From contig CAYSAP010000001.1 in the NCBI GenBank assembly GCA_964429085.1, forward strand, positions 2,448 through 40,456: a DNA stretch of 38,009 bases, given 5' to 3'. Shown one piece after another: positions 33,659 to 38,009 of this stretch. The notes under the pieces are model-generated. The model saw only the letters and a list, made by a program, of their open reading frames with translations, ran no database searches and was not told where the DNA came from. The DNA comes from an uncultured Gammaproteobacteria bacterium. GTDB taxonomy: Bacteria > Patescibacteriota > Microgenomatia > UBA10105 > UBA927. The position numbers and the translations under genes are program-made. How positions within the stretch are numbered: the stretch's first letter is position 1; each line of letters opens with the position of its first letter.

Positions 33659-33973
33659 TCACGAATAGGTGGGGGTCGCAAGTGTCTTTTTTCCGTTCAC
33701 CGGAATACCAAAAAGTGTAGCCAGCGTATTTGCGACAGAGAGGCCAACCCTAATACCGGTAAATGATCCCGGCCCGGTCACAACGCTAATGTCCGTAATA
33801 TCAGTCAGCGTAAGCGCGCGCTGTGTAAGCAACGATTCTATAAGCGGCAACAGCGCCTGTGAGCGGCTTCCGTCATCAGGCTGTTTTTTGGAAAAAACCT
33901 CCCCGTTACCATGAATCTCAATACTCGCTTCCTGCGACACGGACGTATTTATGTGCAATATGATGCTTTTCAT
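33659..33973 (-). CDS. tsaB: Minimal TsaB-like protein (t6A pathway; N-terminal half only, 104 aa)
   Basis: ..LTDITDISVVTGPGSFTGIRVGLSVANTLATLFGIPV.. is the YeaZ/TsaB signature. Start ATG 33973 forms an ATGA overlap with the tsaC stop. The ORF stops 52 nt before the next gene. Confidence 0.65.
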   Translation of the reverse strand: MKSIILHINTSVSQEASIEIHGNGEVFSKKQPDDGSRSQALLPLIESLLTQRALTLTDITDISVVTGPGSFTGIRVGLSVANTLATLFGIPVNGKKTLATPTYS

Positions 33974-34560
33974 AGGAGCTCCTCTCGTGTCAGCAGAACT
34001 GCTCCCTGACGTAGTATTGTAGCCGGAGTACTTACGGCATCCACAACGGTCGAAGCCACCCCCGCGCTGCACAGGCCGGGCACCACGTAATCGACAAGGC
34101 GCGTGAGCTCATTATCCAGATCTTCAAAACGAAACGGTGTTGGATTTCCGTGAAAGTTCGCTGACGATCCCAAAATCGGCGTGTTTACTCCGCGGATGAG
34201 CGACAGCGTCGTTTCATGATCCGGCATACGCAGGCCCACGGTATTTAAGCCTCCGCGGATAGGGGAGTATATACGATCTGCATTGCATACCGACACGATT
34301 GTTAAAGCGCCGGGCCAGTGTGTTTTCATTAAACATCGCACAATATCTTTCGGATGATCGAAGTAGGCGAGTGCTCTTTCCACGGAATCAACCAACACTG
34401 GCATGGCCATGGTCACTGGCCGCCTGCGCAAACGGAAAAGCCTGTCCACGCTTTCGCTTCGATCTATTCTGCACCCTATGCCAAACGCGGTATCCGTCGG
34501 ATATATCACTATTCCACCCTGAGCTAATACGACTGCCGCCTCGCTTACTATATTATCCAT
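33970..34560 (-). CDS. tsaC: L-threonylcarbamoyladenylate synthase, YrdC-type (short form)
   Basis: GGIVIYPTDTAFGIGC...HWPGALTIV...GLRMPDH..PILGSSAN. 196 aa with no Sua5 C-terminal domain. Confidence 0.85.
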   Translation of the reverse strand: MDNIVSEAAVVLAQGGIVIYPTDTAFGIGCRIDRSESVDRLFRLRRRPVTMAMPVLVDSVERALAYFDHPKDIVRCLMKTHWPGALTIVSVCNADRIYSPIRGGLNTVGLRMPDHETTLSLIRGVNTPILGSSANFHGNPTPFRFEDLDNELTRLVDYVVPGLCSAGVASTVVDAVSTPATILRQGAVLLTREELL

Positions 34561-35011
34561 ATGAGGCTCCCTGAACTTTATGGCTTCCGTTATTGAGGGT
34601 TGTAAAACGAAAGTCTATTCGTTTTTCCGGCAAAAGCCCGCCCAGGCGCTCCGGCCACTCGACAATAATTAATGATCCGGACTCATGAGTCATATCGGTA
34701 AATCCGACGGCTTTCGCGTCTTCGGGCGTCGCAATCCTGTACAAATCCAGGTGATATAAAACGTTGTAAGTTTCGGGTATGTTATGACGTCGCACAATTA
34801 TAAATGTGGGGGAGAGCAGGCGAGTTGTAATCCCTAATCCTTTTGCTACCCCCTGGACAAATGTTGTCTTTCCGCTTCCCAATTCCCCCCAAAGACAAAG
34901 AACGCGTGGTGTACTACTCCCCTCTCTCATCAAAAAGGAATTCCCGAATTCTTTGCCCAACTCCTGAGTTTGGGCGGCGCTTTGGGTAATAGATTCAAAA
35001 GGAAATACCAT
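34553..35011 (-). CDS. tsaE: tRNA t6A biosynthesis ATPase TsaE (YjeE)
   Basis: The P-loop LWGELGSGKTTFVQGVAKGLGI sits at the position expected for a full-length TsaE, followed by ..SPTF..YHLDLYR... Confidence 0.85.
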   Translation of the reverse strand: MVFPFESITQSAAQTQELGKEFGNSFLMREGSSTPRVLCLWGELGSGKTTFVQGVAKGLGITTRLLSPTFIIVRRHNIPETYNVLYHLDLYRIATPEDAKAVGFTDMTHESGSLIIVEWPERLGGLLPEKRIDFRFTTLNNGSHKVQGASYG

Positions 35012-35391
35012 ATCAGTCCTGCTCCGATGCCGTCAATTATAACATCGCGTAAAGCTCCCTGCCGGCTCGGAACAAATTGCTGATGAATCTCATCGGTCAT
35101 CGCATAGAGGATTGTCACGATAAATGCATTCCGGTACACCGGCGCTTTATCCCCTTTGGTATCCTGCCTCCATAGTGCACGGGCAGTAAGGGTAAATAGC
35201 GCGGCATACTCTATAAGATGCAACGATTTGAAAAACAAAAAGTTCCAAACATACTCAGGAGAAACCATCACGTTGTGGCGGCTGGACAGGAAAAAAATTA
35301 TCCCCATCCACAACACAACGGGTAACCAGTAGACTGCAATCAGTTGTCCGAATGAGACGCTTTCTTTTTTGGTTTGATCAGTTGTTTCCAT
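34930..35391 (-). CDS. VanZ-family membrane protein
   Basis: 4 TM segments. ..LYAMTDEIHQQFVPSRQGALRDVIIDGIGAGL is the VanZ signature. Confidence 0.7.
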   Translation of the reverse strand: METTDQTKKESVSFGQLIAVYWLPVVLWMGIIFFLSSRHNVMVSPEYVWNFLFFKSLHLIEYAALFTLTARALWRQDTKGDKAPVYRNAFIVTILYAMTDEIHQQFVPSRQGALRDVIIDGIGAGLIWYFLLNLLPKAPPKLRSWAKNSGIPF

Positions 35392-36152
35392 ATATCTACT
35401 TTTTGGATCGCCAGAGCAAACGAAAGCAGTGCAATGCCTACTCCGACAAAAAGAAGCGCGAACACCAAAGGGTGTGCGCGTCCTGACGCGGCGCTTTCCC
35501 CGCTGTTTGTCGCTGCCGTATCACCTAACACTGCTTCATTTGAGGCAATCTCACTTGTATCCAGTATATCAAACACAACAGATCTTGTCGGTGATGGTGC
35601 ACGGGTACTGGTCGGTTTGGACGTTGCGGTCGGTGATGGCGTTTGTGTTGAAGTGGGTTGCGGCGTGTCCGTTGGAGTACTCGTTGGCGTAGTGGTGGGT
35701 GAGGGCCTAATGGCTGCATTTTGCGATCCCTTAGTAGCGACACTTAGTGTCGCGAATGCCCCAGTCCCATCGGGGCTTCTTCCAAGCGATATATCACCTC
35801 CGGGATCCTCGTCATACTGATATTGATCGACAATTACCCCTTGTGAATCAAATAACACGACCCAATCTCCCGAATTATTGAGAAAAGAGCTTGTCTCAAA
35901 ATATGGGTACATCACGTTTGTAATGTTTAGATCGACGAGTGCCTTTTTTGCACCTGAACCGGAATCGCTCGTAAATGATAAATCGTCGTCGATAAAATAC
36001 TGCCGAAGATACTCTGCGCTATCGCTCGCGTTAAAAAGTTCTACCCACTCAACACTTGAGTTGGGAACAAGTTCATTGATACCTAGCGCCAACACGCTTT
36101 GAGGCAGGAGAAGAAATCCGATGCAAATCCAAATCACCCGCGGGCAGGACAT
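35340..36152 (-). CDS. Lamin-tail-domain (LTD) surface protein with a Pro/Thr/Ser-rich linker and a C-terminal TM anchor
   Basis: A signal peptide (IWICIGFLLLPQSVLA) is followed by INELVPNSSVEWVELFN...GDWVVLFD (LTD hallmark), a PT-rich stretch and the TM segment LVFALLFVGVGIALLSFALAI. Confidence 0.7.
   Translation of the reverse strand: MSCPRVIWICIGFLLLPQSVLALGINELVPNSSVEWVELFNASDSAEYLRQYFIDDDLSFTSDSGSGAKKALVDLNITNVMYPYFETSSFLNNSGDWVVLFDSQGVIVDQYQYDEDPGGDISLGRSPDGTGAFATLSVATKGSQNAAIRPSPTTTPTSTPTDTPQPTSTQTPSPTATSKPTSTRAPSPTRSVVFDILDTSEIASNEAVLGDTAATNSGESAASGRAHPLVFALLFVGVGIALLSFALAIQKVDIWKQLIKPKKKASHSDN
35583..35708 (-). repeat. Low-complexity Pro/Thr/Ser-rich coding region (linker of the LTD protein)
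   Basis: aa 149-190: RPSPTTTPTSTPTDTPQPTSTQTPSPTATSKPTSTRAPSPTR. Confidence 0.5.
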
Positions 36153-36197
36153 TTGGGTTCATAGTATAGCAATAAAACGGAAAATATTTTGTACGAT

Positions 36198-37334
36198 TTA
36201 TTGCACATGAAGGTAAAAACTTATGAGGCTGCTGCCATGATCGATATATTTAATTTTTATGATACTTGAGCCGCAGGATTGGCTCGAGGAATACAATTCT
36301 CCGTCCGCCGGCGCGCGTATGACCTTGCTACTGGCAGAAACCATATCAAATCCCGTATGTATTCCTCCCGAATATTTATATACATAACTCCAGGGGGTAT
36401 GGCCGAACCTTTGCGTTAAACGGATTTGGTCAGGGAGCGGCCAATCCCAGCTTCCACTTCCAACGGTCCAGTCACTATTGGTTTGTTCATCGCGAACCGT
36501 CTTTGAGGACAAAAATCCTGACGGATCAACCCATGCGTTGTTTTTCCTCACTTCCAAATGAAGATGTTCTCCCGTCGAACATGACGGCGCGCCCGTATTT
36601 CCGACAAGGGCTATCGGATCTCCCTTTTTTACGGGGCCAACTTTTATGGAATCCGCAATAGCCCGGTCCAACGCTTGTTTTTCTGCAAGGGCTTGCGCTA
36701 ACAATCGCTGATAAACAGCCTCGCTATTGCGTGTTTGATCCAGCAATACTTGTTTTTGTTTTTTTTGGTTGGCGAGATCGACGGTATGTTTTTCCTGTTG
36801 TTTCCGAAGAGACTCCTGCTCAAGACGCTTTTCTTCCCGTACGTCACGCCGCTCGTTATAGTTCGTTTGCGTAAGCTGCAGCTGCTTATACAACTGCGTG
36901 TCTTCTTCCTGCACCTGGACCAGGTATTTAGCTCGCGTCAGTAGCTCTGAAAAGTTCTGACTGAATAACAGCCATCCGAATTGGGACGATGAAGCGCGTT
37001 TATATGATTGCGGTATCCTATGAAGCACCAATTCCAACCGCTTTGTCTTGAGCTCCTCCAAACGGCTGATTTCCCCCGTAAGTTCCCCGATTTCACCCTC
37101 CAGAAGATTCACCTTTCGTTCCGTATCCTGTATTTGTAGAGTCGTAAGTTTTATTTGGGAATCAAGAAGGGTTATTTGTTTGGAAAGCGAATCACCCTGG
37201 GATTGAAGACTTGTTATCTTTTGTTTAAGCTCCGTAATAGTCTTGTCAATCTCTTCCGTCGATTGAGCGGAAACTCGTACGCTGACGAGCAACAGGAGGA
37301 GCAATGTGGCAGCTATCCGAAGAAATATTCTCAT
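36198..37334 (-). CDS. Secreted coiled-coil M23 metallopeptidase (EnvC/PcsB-like partner of FtsX) with a circularly permuted M23 domain
   Basis: A signal/TM segment is followed by a Q/E/K/L heptad-rich region of about 200 aa. M23 motifs are present, but the order is HxH (GEHLHLE) before HxxxD (IHTGFD) and the terminal YLH. Confidence 0.85.
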   Translation of the reverse strand: MRIFLRIAATLLLLLLVSVRVSAQSTEEIDKTITELKQKITSLQSQGDSLSKQITLLDSQIKLTTLQIQDTERKVNLLEGEIGELTGEISRLEELKTKRLELVLHRIPQSYKRASSSQFGWLLFSQNFSELLTRAKYLVQVQEEDTQLYKQLQLTQTNYNERRDVREEKRLEQESLRKQQEKHTVDLANQKKQKQVLLDQTRNSEAVYQRLLAQALAEKQALDRAIADSIKVGPVKKGDPIALVGNTGAPSCSTGEHLHLEVRKNNAWVDPSGFLSSKTVRDEQTNSDWTVGSGSWDWPLPDQIRLTQRFGHTPWSYVYKYSGGIHTGFDMVSASSKVIRAPADGELYSSSQSCGSSIIKIKYIDHGSSLISFYLHVQ

Positions 37335-37348
37335 GGGCGAAATATTGG

Positions 37349-38009
37349 CTATTTCAGGTATCTTCTAAGCGCTATAGAGCTCCCCAAAGCTCCCAGACAA
37401 AAACCGATCAACATGTTGCCTACCAAAAAAACGGCAACGGAGAAAAGAAACGTAGTAGAAGTAACACTTATAAGCAACACCTGAAGCGTCGGGATGGATC
37501 CCAAAAACGAAAACAAGTACGGCCGCAACCATGCGACAACTCCGCCCAAGATGCCCGATGCTACAGCGGCACCGACAAACCCGTAAAAACCGCCTTCGAG
37601 AATAAACGGTGCGCGTATCGTCCAGGGAGAAGCTCCTACCAGCGTCAGAATTTCAATCTCATCGCGCTTAAGAGCTATTTTCATGGCAATAACCGTTCCG
37701 ATAATAAGAAGCGAATCGAGAACCAAAAGCAACGCAAGGGTTCCGCCCACCCAACGGATGGCGTTGGTCCAGGCCAACAGGGAATCAACGACGTCGCGCT
37801 GATACACTACCTCATCCACACCGTCGCTCCCTTCGATGACGCCAGCTATCTCTGAGAGGAATTGCGGATCGGTTGCGGACACCTCAAGTGATGCCGGAAG
37901 AATATCTGCGGTTACCATTTCAAGAAGCAACGGATCGCTTTGGTTTTGCTGGCGGTAAATAGCAAGCGCGTCTTCTTTGGAAACAAAATGCGTTGCCGCG
38001 ACTTTACCT
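37349..38009 (-). CDS. ftsX: Cell-division permease FtsX (N-terminus outside the window)
   Basis: The frame stays open to the window edge, and the 'M' at 37930 is an in-frame TTG. ..FVSKEDALAIYRQQNQSDPLLLEMVTADILPASLEV.. (extracytoplasmic domain) and ..LTLVGASPWTIRAPFILEGGFYGFVGA.. are FtsX hallmarks. Confidence 0.85.
   Translation of the reverse strand, partial: GKVAATHFVSKEDALAIYRQQNQSDPLLLEMVTADILPASLEVSATDPQFLSEIAGVIEGSDGVDEVVYQRDVVDSLLAWTNAIRWVGGTLALLLVLDSLLIIGTVIAMKIALKRDEIEILTLVGASPWTIRAPFILEGGFYGFVGAAVASGILGGVVAWLRPYLFSFLGSIPTLQVLLISVTSTTFLFSVAVFLVGNMLIGFCLGALGSSIALRRYLK

Noticed and set aside
34930-35011. Shortening tsaE to the internal ATG at 34930 to remove the 82-nt overlap with VanZ
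   Set aside because: It would leave only about 14 residues before the P-loop and delete the conserved N-terminal segment (..AAQTQELGKEFG..) that aligns with E. coli TsaE. The long form is more plausible.
35583-35708. Repetitive-looking DNA in the LTD gene as a tandem repeat or CRISPR-like array
   Set aside because: There are no exact direct repeats with spacers. It is an in-frame Pro/Thr/Ser low-complexity coding segment.
1-38009. Alternative genetic code (UGA recoded, as in some reduced uncultivated lineages)
   Set aside because: Long ORFs are intact under the standard code. TGA repeatedly terminates genes exactly at ATGA junctions where the next conserved N-terminus begins.
1-38009. Mobile element, defence island, CRISPR, tRNA or rRNA content
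   Set aside because: I recognised no integrase, transposase, recombinase, nuclease, Cas or restriction motifs in any frame. No intergenic gap exceeds 65 nt, so none can hold a tRNA, and no terminal repeats were seen by eye. Exhaustive repeat detection would need computation.

Overview
This is a very gene-dense 38-kb window. The largest intergenic gap is 65 nt, and I saw no rRNA, tRNA, CRISPR array, transposase or integrase. Nt 1-4183 carry four + strand genes. Nt 4189-38009 form one uninterrupted minus-strand array of about 29 genes, many joined by ATGA start/stop overlaps.

Cell-envelope glycosylation dominates the content:
- 11 polytopic GT-C-type membrane glycosyltransferase candidates (PMT/ArnT-like, YfhO-like, PTPS-related-like, GT87-like), totalling 17,515 nt or about 46% of the window.
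- Three polyprenyl-phosphate-sugar-synthase-like GT2 enzymes, one of them fused to a GtrA domain.
- Five further GT2/GT4 transferases, a Wzx/MOP flippase and a Zn-ribbon methyltransferase.
- Nucleotide-sugar genes: rmlA-rmlB-rmlD-like without rmlC, ugd, and a Gmd/Rmd-like SDR.

The right end holds envelope and housekeeping genes: a CAP-domain protein, a minimal tsaB, tsaC, tsaE, VanZ, a lamin-tail-domain surface protein, a coiled-coil M23 peptidase and a partial ftsX.

The most notable observations are:
1. Tandem, translationally coupled 'lipid-P-sugar synthase -> GT-C' cassettes. No priming phosphoglycosyltransferase, polymerase or exporter is present, which suggests a multi-branch extracytoplasmic glycosylation factory with an unknown acceptor.
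2. A circularly permuted but catalytically intact M23 domain next to ftsX.
3. A half-size TsaB.
4. A frameshifted GT-C paralog.
5. Two TATAAT-N6-ATG (leaderless-type) promoter configurations.

Gene content and compaction suggest a reduced Patescibacteria/CPR-like genome, but this is a low-confidence inference. All family assignments come from motif recognition by eye and need HMM or structure confirmation.
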